A stretch of 32,000 bases of DNA from Methanococcus maripaludis (GCF_002945325.1 NZ_CP026606.1:60001-92000); one strand, 5' to 3'; numbered from the stretch's first letter, positions 1-9,675 are shown. Made by a program: numbers and translations. The notes: generated from the letters alone by a model not told the origin.

Positions 1-856
1 TAACTTCATTAATTTTTTTGGATTCATTTCCAAGTTCCTGAATTGCTTTTCCAAGGTTTTCGATAACATTGGTGATACTCTGCATTGTTTCAATTGCATT
101 TTCAACTTTTTTAACTCCCATTTCAGAGTTTTCTTCAATTTCAAATGCTGCAGTAACTGTATCATCTGCTGCATCGGTAACTGCCGAAGTAATTTCTGAT
201 GTAGCTTCAAGCTGGTCAGATACATCCTGTAATTTTGCAGATTGGTCAGCTGCCGCAGTTGCAACCTGACTTGCTGCATCCGCAACCTGTTCTGAAGTTT
301 CTTCAGCCCTTACAAGATCTTCTTTTGCTTTTAAAAGTTCAGCATTTAAATATTCAATCTGTTTTTTAAGGTCGTTTACCATTGTTGAGACATTTACTAT
401 TGCATTGTTTGTTGTTACTTGTAACGCATTATACTTTCTATTTGTGTCTGCCCTTATTGTGAAATCTCCCTGTTCTAAACTTTTAAATATTGTGTGGAGT
501 TCTGAAAATGTATTTGCAACATCTTTTTTGTAAGTTTTTAAAAAATTTTCGTCTTTTTTTAACTTTTCAAAGTTAGAAATTACTGTTTCAACCATTTCTT
601 CATCGCAATGTTTGTATTCTTTCCCAATTATTTTTGAAGAAGAATTTAAAAAATTTGTTACATTGTCAAGATATGTTTTTTTAAGAATTACATATCCAAT
701 TGCTGTAGAAATTACAATTGAAACAATAAACACTACGAATAATATATTTAAATTAAAAGATGAAGCCGCTATTAATGCATAAAAACTGACAAAAATGATT
801 GCCGAGGATAAAATTGCCGTAATTAATAATGGCACATAAGGTTTTTGCATTTTCAT
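1..856 (-). CDS. Methyl-accepting chemotaxis protein, N-terminal ~285 codons (3' end lies beyond the left window edge)
   Basis: Absent from the ORF track because it has no in-window stop. The minus-strand frame is open from 856 to 1, with ATG at 856 and GGTGA 5 nt upstream. Translation starts MKMQKPYVPLLITAILSSAIIFVSFYALIAASSFNLNILFVVFIVSIVISTAIGYVILKK, which gives two adjacent hydrophobic helices. A cytoplasmic segment follows and ends in Ala/Ser/Thr/Gln/Glu-rich heptads (EQVADAASQVATAAADQSAKLQDVSDQLEATSEITSAVTDAADD) typical of an MCP signalling arm. It lies 16 nt downstream of cheD. Confidence 0.85.
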   Translation of the reverse strand, partial: MKMQKPYVPLLITAILSSAIIFVSFYALIAASSFNLNILFVVFIVSIVISTAIGYVILKKTYLDNVTNFLNSSSKIIGKEYKHCDEEMVETVISNFEKLKKDENFLKTYKKDVANTFSELHTIFKSLEQGDFTIRADTNRKYNALQVTTNNAIVNVSTMVNDLKKQIEYLNAELLKAKEDLVRAEETSEQVADAASQVATAAADQSAKLQDVSDQLEATSEITSAVTDAADDTVTAAFEIEENSEMGVKKVENAIETMQSITNVIENLGKAIQELGNESKKINEV

Positions 857-872
857 ATCTATCACCGTATAA

Positions 873-1337
873 TTATATAGTTTTGAGTTCACTGCCAGTT
901 CTAACTAAAACACTGCCGTCTTTAAGTGATAATGTTATAGTTCGGCCTGTGTAGCCACCAAGATCTTCAGAGGCTATTCTTAAACCCATTTTTTTGACTT
1001 CTTGCCTCGAAGCTTCAATATTTTTTTTGCCAACATCTATCGTATTTGAATTACATTTAAACATTGCAGCGCCACCTGCAAGTTTGGTGGTTAATTTATC
1101 TTTTCTAGCGCCAAGTTTAGCCATTCTATTGATTAATTCGGGGATTGCAGTATTTGCATACTTTCCAGGATTTTTTTCTGATGAATTTCTGGATTTTGGA
1201 AGCATTACGTGCGCAACGCCACCAATTTTTTTGCCCCTATCGTAAAGTATGATTGCAACACATGAGCCTAACAGAGTTTCAATCGATTCAGGGTTTTTAG
1301 CAACGCCAATATCCCCCATTTTTACTTTTAAAACCAT
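873..1337 (-). CDS. cheD: Chemoreceptor glutamine deamidase CheD
   Basis: 154-aa ORF. The N-terminal motif [26 protein letters not shown]...GGVAHVMLP is characteristic of the CheD family. It lies 10 nt after cheA in the che array. Confidence 0.9.
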   Translation of the reverse strand: MVLKVKMGDIGVAKNPESIETLLGSCVAIILYDRGKKIGGVAHVMLPKSRNSSEKNPGKYANTAIPELINRMAKLGARKDKLTTKLAGGAAMFKCNSNTIDVGKKNIEASRQEVKKMGLRIASEDLGGYTGRTITLSLKDGSVLVRTGSELKTI

Positions 1338-1347
1338 GCTGATCGTC

Positions 1348-4110
1348 CTAAATGTTGTTTAAATCTAATATCAACGCTACGCGACCATCCCCTAATATTG
1401 TAGCTCCAGCAAGTCCATTAATATTTTTAAGTATTCCTGTGAGTGGTTTTACAACTATTTCATCCCTTCCAATAACTTCATCAAGGATCATTCCAACTTT
1501 TCCTTTATTTTTCTCGACAACTACAACATAGAGGTCGTCGGAATCGGAAAATCCTGATGTATTCAATGCATCTTTCAGCCAGATTACAGGCAAGATATGG
1601 TTTCTGTAAATTATTGCTTCCTGCCCTTCTAAATTTTTAATCTGTTCTTTTTCAACTGAAATAACATCTAAAACGCTCGTCAATGGCAGTGCATAGATAT
1701 GCTCATTTAAGCGGATTAACAGGGTCTGTATGATTGCCATTGTTAATGGAAGATGCAGGGTTATTTCTGTACCTTTTCCAACTTCGGAATTTACTGTAAC
1801 GCTACCTCCAAGTGATTCAATTTTTGACCTTACAACGTCCATTCCTACGCCACGTCCGGAAACGTCGGATACAACTTCCGCGGTGCTGAATCCTGGAAGG
1901 AAGATAACATTAACAGCTTCGTTATCGGTTAATTTTTCAGCTTCTTCTTTTGAATAGAGTCCTTTTTCAAATGCTTTTTTACGCATTGCATCAGGGTCTA
2001 TTCCCTTACCATCATCCCTAATTATAATATTTACTCTATCTCTCTGTCTTGTTGCAATTAATTTTAAAATCCCTTTTTCAGGTTTTCCTAATTTTATTCT
2101 TTCATCTGCATGTTCAATACCGTGATCGAGAGAATTTCTAATCAGGTGAGTTAAAGGTTCTGCAAGTTCGTCGAGAACAGTTCTATCCAGTTCAATATCT
2201 GAACCCTCTATTTCAAAATCAATTTCTTTGTCGAGCGCTTTTGCAGTATCCCTTACGGTTCTTGGGAATCTATTGAATACAAATGCAACCGGGATCATCC
2301 TCATACCCATTACTTCTTCTTGAAGTTCTGTTGCAAGCATGTTGAGTCTTCCAACTGCATTATGGAGTTCTTTTAAATCGTATTTCGTAGCAATTTGGGT
2401 AAAGTTTGCTCGGTTTATTACAACCTCACCGACTAAATTCATCAATTTATCGAGTTTTTCAATGTTTACCCTTACAGTCTGCGACTTTTTAGATGAAGAA
2501 TTTTCAGCCTGTTTTTTTGAAGTAGCATCTACCGTATTTTTAATTTTTGTATTGTCCTTTGAATTATTGGTATTTTTTTGAACATTTACCAAAAATTCAG
2601 TTATTTCAGGAGTTTTTGAGATTATTTCTTTTATATCATCTTCTGATTCATCGCTATCGTAATAAATTGTAACTGTGTTTCCGCCGAGATTTCCTTCCTG
2701 TATTTTTTCTTCAGGAGGTTCGGTTTCCAAAACATTTCCTTTTTCCTTCAAATCTTTAATGACCATGTATGCTCTAACGGCTTTTAATAGACATTCTTCA
2801 TCTATTTTAATATTAATTTTGAATTTTGCAAGTGTTTCCAAACTTTTTTCTTTTTCTAGAACTTCTGCATCAGCAACTTGATTTACTGTTGTTTCAAGTT
2901 CAAATTTGACTTCTGTTGATACCACATATTCCATTTCACATACTGAATCTAAAATATCTATACTGTCCAAATCAGTTGAGATTAAAACATCCAGTTCTCT
3001 AGAACCACTTGATAAAAAGTTTTCTTCTGCAGGAACTGATGCTATTATGGTTCCAATTTCTTTTAATTTAGAAAGCACCATTGTTAACCGAACTGCTTTT
3101 AACAGGCAGTCTTCAACAACTTTTGATTTTACATGGTAAATTTTTTTATTTTCATTTATTTCAGAAATTAATTCTTTGGAAACTTCTTCTAAATTGAATA
3201 TGGTATGGTCCAAAATGATCTCTTTATCATCTACTGATTCGCCAACAGTTTCTGATAATGTAATTGAAATTTTTTCATTTAATTCTGAATAGTCGTAGTT
3301 AGAACTGGATCCTGTTTCAACTACTTTTGCAATCTGTTGCATTGTTGAAAGTGCTGATTTTAGAACTGAAAGTGAATTTTCAGTTATTGCAACAGTTTCA
3401 TTTAGCATTGCAGTTGAGAGTTCATCGATATTTTTTACAGTATCTTTTAATTCACTGTATTCGAGGGCATCAAGGATTGTTAGAAGTGCGGAAGCTGATT
3501 CATGCATTTGATTTAAAACACTGTCTAAGTTTTCAGGTTTTTCAACTACAAAATTATTAGATTGTCCTTCGATAAGTATGATTGAGGATTCATCTACTAA
3601 ATGGATAGAACCTGAATTGGACGAGATATTGTTAACAGTTTTTTCTTCAACCTGTTTTTTAGCAACTTCATTAGGATCACTACAATCTAAAGGATCTTCT
3701 TTAGGGTTTTCTCCAGAAAGATACTTCTCTTTAACAGATTTAATTACCTCAACGAGTGAATCCACATCAACACTTGTTGTATCTTCTCCATCGCTAACTT
3801 CTGAAACCATTGTTTCAAGAGCATCGAGGCATTTGAAGAGTAAATCAACTATTTCAGGATTTACTTTTATTTTTCCATCCCGGATGTAGTCCAAAATATC
3901 TTCCATGTGGTGAGTTAATGAGGATATATGTTCAAATCCCAGTGTTCTTGCTGACCCTTTCAACGTGTGTGCAGACCTGAAGATCATGTTGATAATTCTT
4001 TCAGAGTCTTCAGGGCAGTTTTCAAGTTCAACCATATTTTGATTTAATGATTGCAAATGTTCTTCCGCTTCAGTCATGAATAGTTCTTTATACTGTTCCA
4101 TATCGTCCAT
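1348..4110 (-). CDS. cheA: Chemotaxis histidine kinase CheA (920 aa, unusually long)
   Basis: Hpt motif [15 protein letters not shown]. Dimerisation segment [20 protein letters not shown]. HATPase N-box [15 protein letters not shown]1 DDGKGID and G2 [10 protein letters not shown]-terminal CheW-like domain. Two tandem P2-like segments plus an extra helical region explain the length. Confidence 0.95.
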   Translation of the reverse strand: MDDMEQYKELFMTEAEEHLQSLNQNMVELENCPEDSERIINMIFRSAHTLKGSARTLGFEHISSLTHHMEDILDYIRDGKIKVNPEIVDLLFKCLDALETMVSEVSDGEDTTSVDVDSLVEVIKSVKEKYLSGENPKEDPLDCSDPNEVAKKQVEEKTVNNISSNSGSIHLVDESSIILIEGQSNNFVVEKPENLDSVLNQMHESASALLTILDALEYSELKDTVKNIDELSTAMLNETVAITENSLSVLKSALSTMQQIAKVVETGSSSNYDYSELNEKISITLSETVGESVDDKEIILDHTIFNLEEVSKELISEINENKKIYHVKSKVVEDCLLKAVRLTMVLSKLKEIGTIIASVPAEENFLSSGSRELDVLISTDLDSIDILDSVCEMEYVVSTEVKFELETTVNQVADAEVLEKEKSLETLAKFKINIKIDEECLLKAVRAYMVIKDLKEKGNVLETEPPEEKIQEGNLGGNTVTIYYDSDESEDDIKEIISKTPEITEFLVNVQKNTNNSKDNTKIKNTVDATSKKQAENSSSKKSQTVRVNIEKLDKLMNLVGEVVINRANFTQIATKYDLKELHNAVGRLNMLATELQEEVMGMRMIPVAFVFNRFPRTVRDTAKALDKEIDFEIEGSDIELDRTVLDELAEPLTHLIRNSLDHGIEHADERIKLGKPEKGILKLIATRQRDRVNIIIRDDGKGIDPDAMRKKAFEKGLYSKEEAEKLTDNEAVNVIFLPGFSTAEVVSDVSGRGVGMDVVRSKIESLGGSVTVNSEVGKGTEITLHLPLTMAIIQTLLIRLNEHIYALPLTSVLDVISVEKEQIKNLEGQEAIIYRNHILPVIWLKDALNTSGFSDSDDLYVVVVEKNKGKVGMILDEVIGRDEIVVKPLTGILKNINGLAGATILGDGRVALILDLNNI

Positions 4111-4114
4111 GGTA

Positions 4115-5212
4115 TCAGCCCCCTATTTTTTTGGCGAATTTAATGATTTCTAAAGGAATATCTATTGGATCCATAACTTTATCGACTACATTCATTTCGA
4201 TTGCTGTTTTGGGCATGCCGTAAATAACACATGTGTCTTGATTTTGTGCAATGGTATATCCGCCCTTATTTTTTACCATTTTTAGCCCGTTTGCACCATC
4301 TCTTCCGATACCTGTTAAAAGTACGCCAATTGTGTTTTTTCCATAATATTTTGTGACGTATTCGGCAGTTACATCCACGGTTGGTTTCGTTCCATGGATT
4401 TTTGGCATATTTTCATCAATTATGATGTATACATTGCCACCTCTTTTTTGAAGAACCATTTGGGAATCGCCTGGTGCAACGTAAGCATGGTCGGGTTTTA
4501 CAATTTCACCATGTTCTGCTTCTTTAACGGTAATTGCTGAATTATTGTTCATCCTTTCGGCAAAAACACGGGTAAATCCTTTAGGCATGTGTTGAACTAT
4601 AAAAATTGGAGGTGTGTTTTTAGGAATATTCGAAATTATGCTTGAAACCACTGGTGGCCCACCTGTTGAAGAGCCTATTAATATTGCAGTATCATTTAAT
4701 TTTTCAGGAGAAAGTCCAGAAGTTTTTTCAACCTGCGGTTTTGGAGTACTGCTTTCCGCCTGTTTTTCTTTTTTAATAGTTTCTAAAATTCGAGATGATT
4801 TAATTCTTACTTTAGATTTTGAAGCATTTTTAACCTGTTTAATTATTTTTTCCCCGATTTTTCTAATATCCAGTGAAACAGAACCTGAAGGCTTTTCTAT
4901 AAAATCAACTGCGCCATTATCCAGTGCTTTTAATGTAGCTTCTGAGCCCTGTTTTGTTACTGCGGAAAGCATGAGTATGGGGGTAGGTTTGTATGCCATG
5001 ATCTGTTTTGTAGCATCAATTCCATTCATGATCGGCATTTCAACATCCATGGTAATTACATTTGGTTCTAATTTTTTCACAAGCTCGAATGCTTCCTTTC
5101 CATCTTTTGCGGTAGCAACAACTTCTATTTCGTCATCGGATTTTAAAATGTCTTCTAAAACCTTCCTCATAAATGCTGAATCATCTACAATCAGAACCTT
5201 TATTTTACTCAT
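4115..5212 (-). CDS. cheB: Chemotaxis response regulator protein-glutamate methylesterase CheB
   Basis: 365 aa. N-terminal receiver domain (KVLIVDDSAFMR...ITMDVEMP) and C-terminal methylesterase domain (IGSSTGGP, VQHMP, GMP motifs). Confidence 0.95.
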   Translation of the reverse strand: MSKIKVLIVDDSAFMRKVLEDILKSDDEIEVVATAKDGKEAFELVKKLEPNVITMDVEMPIMNGIDATKQIMAYKPTPILMLSAVTKQGSEATLKALDNGAVDFIEKPSGSVSLDIRKIGEKIIKQVKNASKSKVRIKSSRILETIKKEKQAESSTPKPQVEKTSGLSPEKLNDTAILIGSSTGGPPVVSSIISNIPKNTPPIFIVQHMPKGFTRVFAERMNNNSAITVKEAEHGEIVKPDHAYVAPGDSQMVLQKRGGNVYIIIDENMPKIHGTKPTVDVTAEYVTKYYGKNTIGVLLTGIGRDGANGLKMVKNKGGYTIAQNQDTCVIYGMPKTAIEMNVVDKVMDPIDIPLEIIKFAKKIGG

Positions 5213-5255
5213 GTTTTCACTTGTTTTTGGTAATTAGGGGATTTTTTTAGGTTAT

Positions 5256-5699
5256 TTAAAATTCTTGCGGGTCAATTAAATTTTTGATATCAAGAATAAT
5301 GATTAATCTATTTCCAATTTTTGCAATGCCTTCAATGTATTCTCCGCTTGCATTTTTCTTGATTCCTTCAATGTCTTCGATCTGTTCAGCTGAAATCTGC
5401 ATTACGTCACTTACGGAGTCGACCAATATTCCAATTGGAACGCCATCAATTTCTACAACCATTACAAGCTTTTCATCAACGCCTTCGTCGCCTAAATCTT
5501 CAAAAAGATTTAATTTTCTTCTTAGATCAATGATGGGCATTATTTCGCCACGAATGTTTGTAACTCCAACAATGTAATCAGGCGTATTTGGAATTGAAGT
5601 AATATCTTGCAATTTTAAAACTTCTCTCACACCAGTTACTCTTAAACAATATTCATTGCTTGCTAATTTGAAAACTACTACTTTTGGAACATCATCCAT
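5256..5699 (-). CDS. cheW: Chemotaxis coupling protein CheW
   Basis: 147 aa with a single CheW-like domain (VVFKLASNEYCLRVTGVREV...GVTNIRGEIMPIIDLR). Located in the che array. Confidence 0.9.
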   Translation of the reverse strand: MDDVPKVVVFKLASNEYCLRVTGVREVLKLQDITSIPNTPDYIVGVTNIRGEIMPIIDLRRKLNLFEDLGDEGVDEKLVMVVEIDGVPIGILVDSVSDVMQISAEQIEDIEGIKKNASGEYIEGIAKIGNRLIIILDIKNLIDPQEF

Positions 5700-5709
5700 G
5701 CTAAAAACC

Positions 5710-6306
5710 TCATTTTAACCTATCTAATATATTATGAACAAGAATTATGCAGTGATCGGCATGTAATTCTAAAGGCGACAGCGATATTTTTTCTGCACCA
5801 AGTTCTTCCAAAAATTCTTCGTCCTTATCGCCAATTCCGATATGGTCGCCAAGTACGAATAAAAAATCTTCGTCATCTTTAAATTCAAAATCTTCAAGTG
5901 GTTTTCCGTTTAAGTGGAGGTAAAAAATTCGTTTTCCTTCATTTTTCTTTTCCAGAATAATATCTCTAAATTCACGTTTAGAAGAATATATTCCAGAAGT
6001 ACTTTCTTTCCAGAGTTCAGAAGCATCTTTTTCAAGTGCTTTTTTGATAAAAAGTGCAATACTCCTTTCATCAGGACTGACTCTTTTTAATTCACTTCCA
6101 ACGAATTTCAGTGCAACTGGAGGGTTTGGAGATCCATAGTTAACACTGTAAAAAATAGTATCTCTTCTCATATCGTGAGAAAGAAAAAATGCGCTGTTTA
6201 CACAGCGACATAGCAAATCCAATCTTCCAGAACTTCCTGGAAGATCTTTTAAGTTAATTTCACCATTAGTTACGGCTTTGTTAGCTTTAATTATAAATTC
6301 TTTCAA
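5710..6306 (-). CDS. trmY: tRNA (pseudouridine54-N1)-methyltransferase TrmY (SPOUT family, DUF358)
   Basis: 198 aa. The segment [33 protein letters not shown]...[15 protein letters not shown] matches my recollection of the archaeal MJ1640/TrmY family. Assignment is from memory of the family, not from a search. Confidence 0.7.
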   Translation of the reverse strand: MKEFIIKANKAVTNGEINLKDLPGSSGRLDLLCRCVNSAFFLSHDMRRDTIFYSVNYGSPNPPVALKFVGSELKRVSPDERSIALFIKKALEKDASELWKESTSGIYSSKREFRDIILEKKNEGKRIFYLHLNGKPLEDFEFKDDEDFLFVLGDHIGIGDKDEEFLEELGAEKISLSPLELHADHCIILVHNILDRLK

Positions 6307-6314
6307 AATTTCAC

Positions 6315-7127
6315 CTAATTAAGGTCTAAAACATCAAAAGTATTGTAAATACCTTCTTTCTTTTGAGCAACAAATTTAATTGCAAGGACTGCTCCTGAAA
6401 CGAGGGACTGTCTGCTGGTTACCCTGTGTGAAAGTTCAAGCCTTTCTCCTTCTGTTGTGAATATTACGCTGTGGTCTCCAACAATATCTCCGCCTCTTAA
6501 CGCGTGGATACAGATTTCTTCTTTTGTTCTTTCTCCAGTCATTCCTTCTCTTCCGTAGATTACGTTGGAGTCTCTGTTTAAGTTGTTTTGAATAATTTCA
6601 GCAGCTCTTAATGCAGTTCCGCTTGGTGCATCTTTTTTGAATTTGTGGTGCATTTCAAGAATTTCGATATCGTAATCCCCGAGTTTTTGTGCTAAAAGTT
6701 CAAGGGTTTTAAAGAATATATTTACACCAACTGCATAGTTTTGTGAAATGGTTGCAGCAACTTTGTTTTTTGAAATTGCATCTTCCATTTCAGCTCTCTG
6801 TTCAGGCGTAAATCCAGTAGTTCCAATAACTAAATTTACTCCAAGTTTGCTCGCTGTTTTTGCGGTTTGAACACAAGGCGCTGCTGCAGTAAAATCAACT
6901 AATACTTCTGCACCAGATTCTTTTAAAACAACTTCAAGTTCGTCTGAAGTACTTAAGGCTACACCAATTTTTCCAAGGCCCGTTAATTCCCCAACATCTT
7001 GACCTTTTTTTGGGTGATTTGGAATATCAATTGCTGCAACTACATCTAATCCATCAGTTTCAGTAATTGTTTTTATAATTCCACTTCCCATTCTACCGAG
7101 TGCTCCTGTAACTGCTACTTTAACCAT
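6315..7127 (-). CDS. dapB: 4-hydroxy-tetrahydrodipicolinate reductase DapB
   Basis: 270 aa. N-terminal Rossmann motif [12 protein letters not shown]. Central [15 protein letters not shown] motif diagnostic of DapB. Confidence 0.93.
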   Translation of the reverse strand: MVKVAVTGALGRMGSGIIKTITETDGLDVVAAIDIPNHPKKGQDVGELTGLGKIGVALSTSDELEVVLKESGAEVLVDFTAAAPCVQTAKTASKLGVNLVIGTTGFTPEQRAEMEDAISKNKVAATISQNYAVGVNIFFKTLELLAQKLGDYDIEILEMHHKFKKDAPSGTALRAAEIIQNNLNRDSNVIYGREGMTGERTKEEICIHALRGGDIVGDHSVIFTTEGERLELSHRVTSRQSLVSGAVLAIKFVAQKKEGIYNTFDVLDLN

Positions 7128-7135
7128 ATTTCCAC

Positions 7136-7801
7136 CTAAGCTTCCGCTTTTTCGTTAATATTGTCCATATAACTATCAATTTTACATTTTAAATTATCTA
7201 CAACACCAGAAGCTCTGTCTATATTTTCAGGAGTAAACTCTTTTAAAATATATTTTATGTCCTGCACTCCTTCGTAAATTTCCTGAAGAAGGTTTAAAAG
7301 TCCTGAAATTTTGACATCTTGGGCATCCAATGCGTCGATTATTTTTTCAGAATTGTTATCAATACTTGATAATACGTTATCGATTTCTGAAGTAATTACA
7401 TCTAATTTAGATGTCTGTTCATTATTTGAAGCTATTAATATATCCAGTTTATTATTAATTGATTCTAGTAAATTATTGTTTCCTTCAGAGCCTTTTTCAA
7501 TTTTTTCAATCGAAACCGCTGGTTTATCCATTGCGAGTTTGATTTTGTTGAAAATATTGTTCATCGAATTTTTTAGATTATAAGCAAGAGATTCAAAGTC
7601 CTCATTTTCAGGGTTATCATATTCAGACTCTGGAAAATCAGGTTCTTCGCACGTAAATTCTTCAGTATTATATAAATCTTCGGAATTTTCGTTATCATTA
7701 ATATTATTTTTAAAATCGCTATCTTGGTTTTGCTGATTTTCTTTTATTTTTTCGAATCGCTCAACGCTACTATCAAAAACTTCCATGATTATCGGCTCCA
7801 T
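7136..7801 (-). CDS. Hypothetical acidic protein with an Asp/Glu/Asn-rich N-terminal half and a predicted helical/coiled-coil C-terminal half
   Basis: 221-aa ORF with no family recognised. It ends 8 nt upstream of dapB. A TATA-like sequence (atatagtatataat on the minus strand, ~7826-7840) lies upstream. The start could alternatively be the second ATG at 7786. Confidence 0.65.
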   Translation of the reverse strand: MEPIIMEVFDSSVERFEKIKENQQNQDSDFKNNINDNENSEDLYNTEEFTCEEPDFPESEYDNPENEDFESLAYNLKNSMNNIFNKIKLAMDKPAVSIEKIEKGSEGNNNLLESINNKLDILIASNNEQTSKLDVITSEIDNVLSSIDNNSEKIIDALDAQDVKISGLLNLLQEIYEGVQDIKYILKEFTPENIDRASGVVDNLKCKIDSYMDNINEKAEA

Positions 7802-7899
7802 ATAATGTAAGAATTTTTTTGCCGATTATATACTATATTGTTTTTGTGTAGGTAATTATGTTTATTACTAAAAATTTACGTATTGTTCAAAAAATATTT

Positions 7900-8232
7900 T
7901 TATTTTTTTGCCGTTTTTATTGGAATTCTTGTAATACTGTTGCAATCAAGGCAGGTAATTACAACGTGCGGGTAATTTTTTGCTTTTGTTCTTACTCTTG
8001 CATTTTTACCATATATTAAAAAAGAACCGCAATTTTTACAAATCCTTCTTTTCCATTCTTTTGGATAGGGCATTCTCATTCGCATTGCAATTTTTTTGCC
8101 CAAAAGTACGTAATTTTTTGAACGCTCAGTTTTTCCAGAGTTTGATTCTTTTTCAGCCTGATTCATCAATATATTGATACGTTCTTCTGCAACTTTTTTT
8201 GACTTTTCTAGAAATTTCTTTTTTAGTTTCAT
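7900..8232 (-). CDS. rnp4: RNase P protein component 4 (Rpp21/Rpr2 family)
   Basis: 110 aa and basic. Has the Rpr2-type zinc ribbon CKNCGSFLIYGKNARVR...VVITCLDCNSITRIP after a helical N-terminus (ERINILMNQAE). Confidence 0.85.
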   Translation of the reverse strand: MKLKKKFLEKSKKVAEERINILMNQAEKESNSGKTERSKNYVLLGKKIAMRMRMPYPKEWKRRICKNCGSFLIYGKNARVRTKAKNYPHVVITCLDCNSITRIPIKTAKK

Positions 8233-8323
8233 GTTTTTCCCTTATAATAATTATAAAAAATCAAATAGAAATCTGGTAAAATTATATAAAAAGGAATGTA
8301 AAGAATAGAGATTTCTTACTAAA

Positions 8324-8332
8324 ATTTATATT
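8324..8332 (+). promoter_or_regulatory. Candidate TATA box for ahcY
   Basis: The sequence atttatatt lies ~65 nt upstream of the probable GTG start at 8397. This would place the transcription start near 8355, inside the 12-bp tandem repeat. Based on sequence pattern only. Confidence 0.3.
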
Positions 8333-8349
8333 GTATGAAACCGAATATG

Positions 8350-8373
8350 ATTTGCTAAAGAATTTGCTAAAGA
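8350..8373 (+). repeat. Perfect 12-bp tandem direct repeat (atttgctaaaga x2) in the ahcY leader/promoter
   Basis: Read directly: atttgctaaaga at 8350-8361 and again at 8362-8373. It lies between the TATA-like element and the SD/GTG start of ahcY. Confidence 0.9.
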
Positions 8374-8396
8374 TTTTTTATAATTATGGTGAAACA

Positions 8397-9644
8397 GTGA
8401 GTAATGTTAAGGACATGAGTCTTGCTCCAAGTGGGCACCTGAAAATGGAATGGGCAAAACGACATATGCCTGTTCTTTGTCGTATAGCGGAAGAATTTAA
8501 AAACGATAAACCTTTTGAAGGACTTACAATTGGAATGGCACTGCATTTAGAAGCTAAAACTGCAATTTTAGCAGAAACACTCCTAAAAGGCGGTGCAAAA
8601 ATTGTGATTACCGGATGTAATCCACTTTCTACACAAGATGATGTTGCAGCAGCATGTGTTGAAAAAGGAATGGAAGTTTATGCATGGCGTGGAGAAACCA
8701 ACGAAGAATACTACGAAAATTTAAACAAGGTTCTCGATTCAAACCCTGATATCGTTATCGATGATGGTGCAGATTTAATATTTTTAATTCACACCGAAAG
8801 GACGGAATTAATCGGAAAAATAATGGGCGGTTGTGAAGAAACTACGACTGGAATAATTAGATTAAAATCAATGGCGGAAGAAGGAGCGTTAAAATTCCCT
8901 GTTGTAAATGTAAATGATGCTTATACAAAACACCTCTTTGATAACAGGTATGGAACAGGTCAAAGTGCAATGGACGGAATCATAAGAACTACAAACCTGT
9001 TAATTGCAGGTAAAAATGTTGTAGTTGGTGGATACGGCTGGTGCGGAAGAGGAGTTGCATCAAGAGCTGCAGGACATGGTGCAAATGTTATTATTACTGA
9101 AGTAAATCCTATTCGAGCATTAGAAGCTAAAATGGATGGATTTACAGTATTAAAAATGGAAGAAGCTGCAAAAATTGGAGATATTTTTGTAACAACAACT
9201 GGCTGTAAAGATATTTTAAGAATGGAACACTTTTTATTAATGAAAGATGGCGCTGTTTTATCAAATGCTGGACATTTCGACAATGAAATTAATAAAAATG
9301 ATCTAAAAGAACTTTCAAAATCCGTAAAAGAAGTAAGATTCAATATTGAAGAATACGACCTTGGAAATAAAAAGATATACTTGCTTGGTGAAGGAAGACT
9401 TGTAAATCTTGCATGTGCAGATGGACACCCTTGTGAAGTAATGGACATGAGTTTTGCAAATCAGGCATTAAGTGCAAAATTCATTAAAGAAAACAAGGGA
9501 AAACTTGAAAATGAGGTATACGAAATACCTTATGAGCAAGATTTTAAAATTGCACTTTTAAAATTACATTCAATGGGTGCAGATATTGATGAACTCTCTC
9601 CTGAACAGAGAAAGTATTTAAGCGACTGGAAAGAAGGAACTTAA
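8397..9644 (+). CDS. ahcY: Adenosylhomocysteinase-family hydrolase (in methanogens probably S-inosyl-L-homocysteine hydrolase)
   Basis: Clear AhcY homology (HLEAKTA, CNPLSTQDDVAAA, NAD-binding GYGWCGRG, EVNPIRALEA, GHFDNEI). The track ORF starts at TTG 8331, but GTG 8397 is preceded by GGTGA at 4-nt spacing and gives the usual ~415-aa length beginning VSNVKDMSLAPSG. Confidence 0.93.
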   Translation: MSNVKDMSLAPSGHLKMEWAKRHMPVLCRIAEEFKNDKPFEGLTIGMALHLEAKTAILAETLLKGGAKIVITGCNPLSTQDDVAAACVEKGMEVYAWRGETNEEYYENLNKVLDSNPDIVIDDGADLIFLIHTERTELIGKIMGGCEETTTGIIRLKSMAEEGALKFPVVNVNDAYTKHLFDNRYGTGQSAMDGIIRTTNLLIAGKNVVVGGYGWCGRGVASRAAGHGANVIITEVNPIRALEAKMDGFTVLKMEEAAKIGDIFVTTTGCKDILRMEHFLLMKDGAVLSNAGHFDNEINKNDLKELSKSVKEVRFNIEEYDLGNKKIYLLGEGRLVNLACADGHPCEVMDMSFANQALSAKFIKENKGKLENEVYEIPYEQDFKIALLKLHSMGADIDELSPEQRKYLSDWKEGT

Positions 9645-9675
9645 ATTTTTAATTTAACTTTTTTTAGTGATTATT

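Noticed and set aside
69-269. 66-aa plus-strand ORF, along with the many other 60-200-aa track ORFs antisense to larger genes (e.g. 994-1245, 1730-1957, 2339-3889 series, 4614-5237, 5284-5577, 7311-7583, 8960-9448, 9921-10454, 12164-12493, 24676-24939, 25351-25767, 25924-26382, 27446-27844, 28058-28297)
   Set aside because: All lie entirely inside, and antisense to, ORFs with clear homology. Their translations are low-complexity Ser/Phe/Ile-rich shadows, typical of the opposite strand of AT-rich coding DNA. None has an SD.
7844-7855. 12-mer ttgtgtaggtaa shared between the promoter region of the 7136-7801 gene and that of the TPR gene (30676-30687)
   Set aside because: A single 12-nt coincidence among ~2.5 kb of intergenic DNA is roughly what chance allows (rough mental estimate, not computed). 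The flanks do not align.
8331-8396. TTG-initiated 22-codon N-terminal extension of ahcY given by the ORF track
   Set aside because: It has no SD, the extension translates the 12-bp tandem repeat, and homology begins at the SD-preceded GTG 8397.
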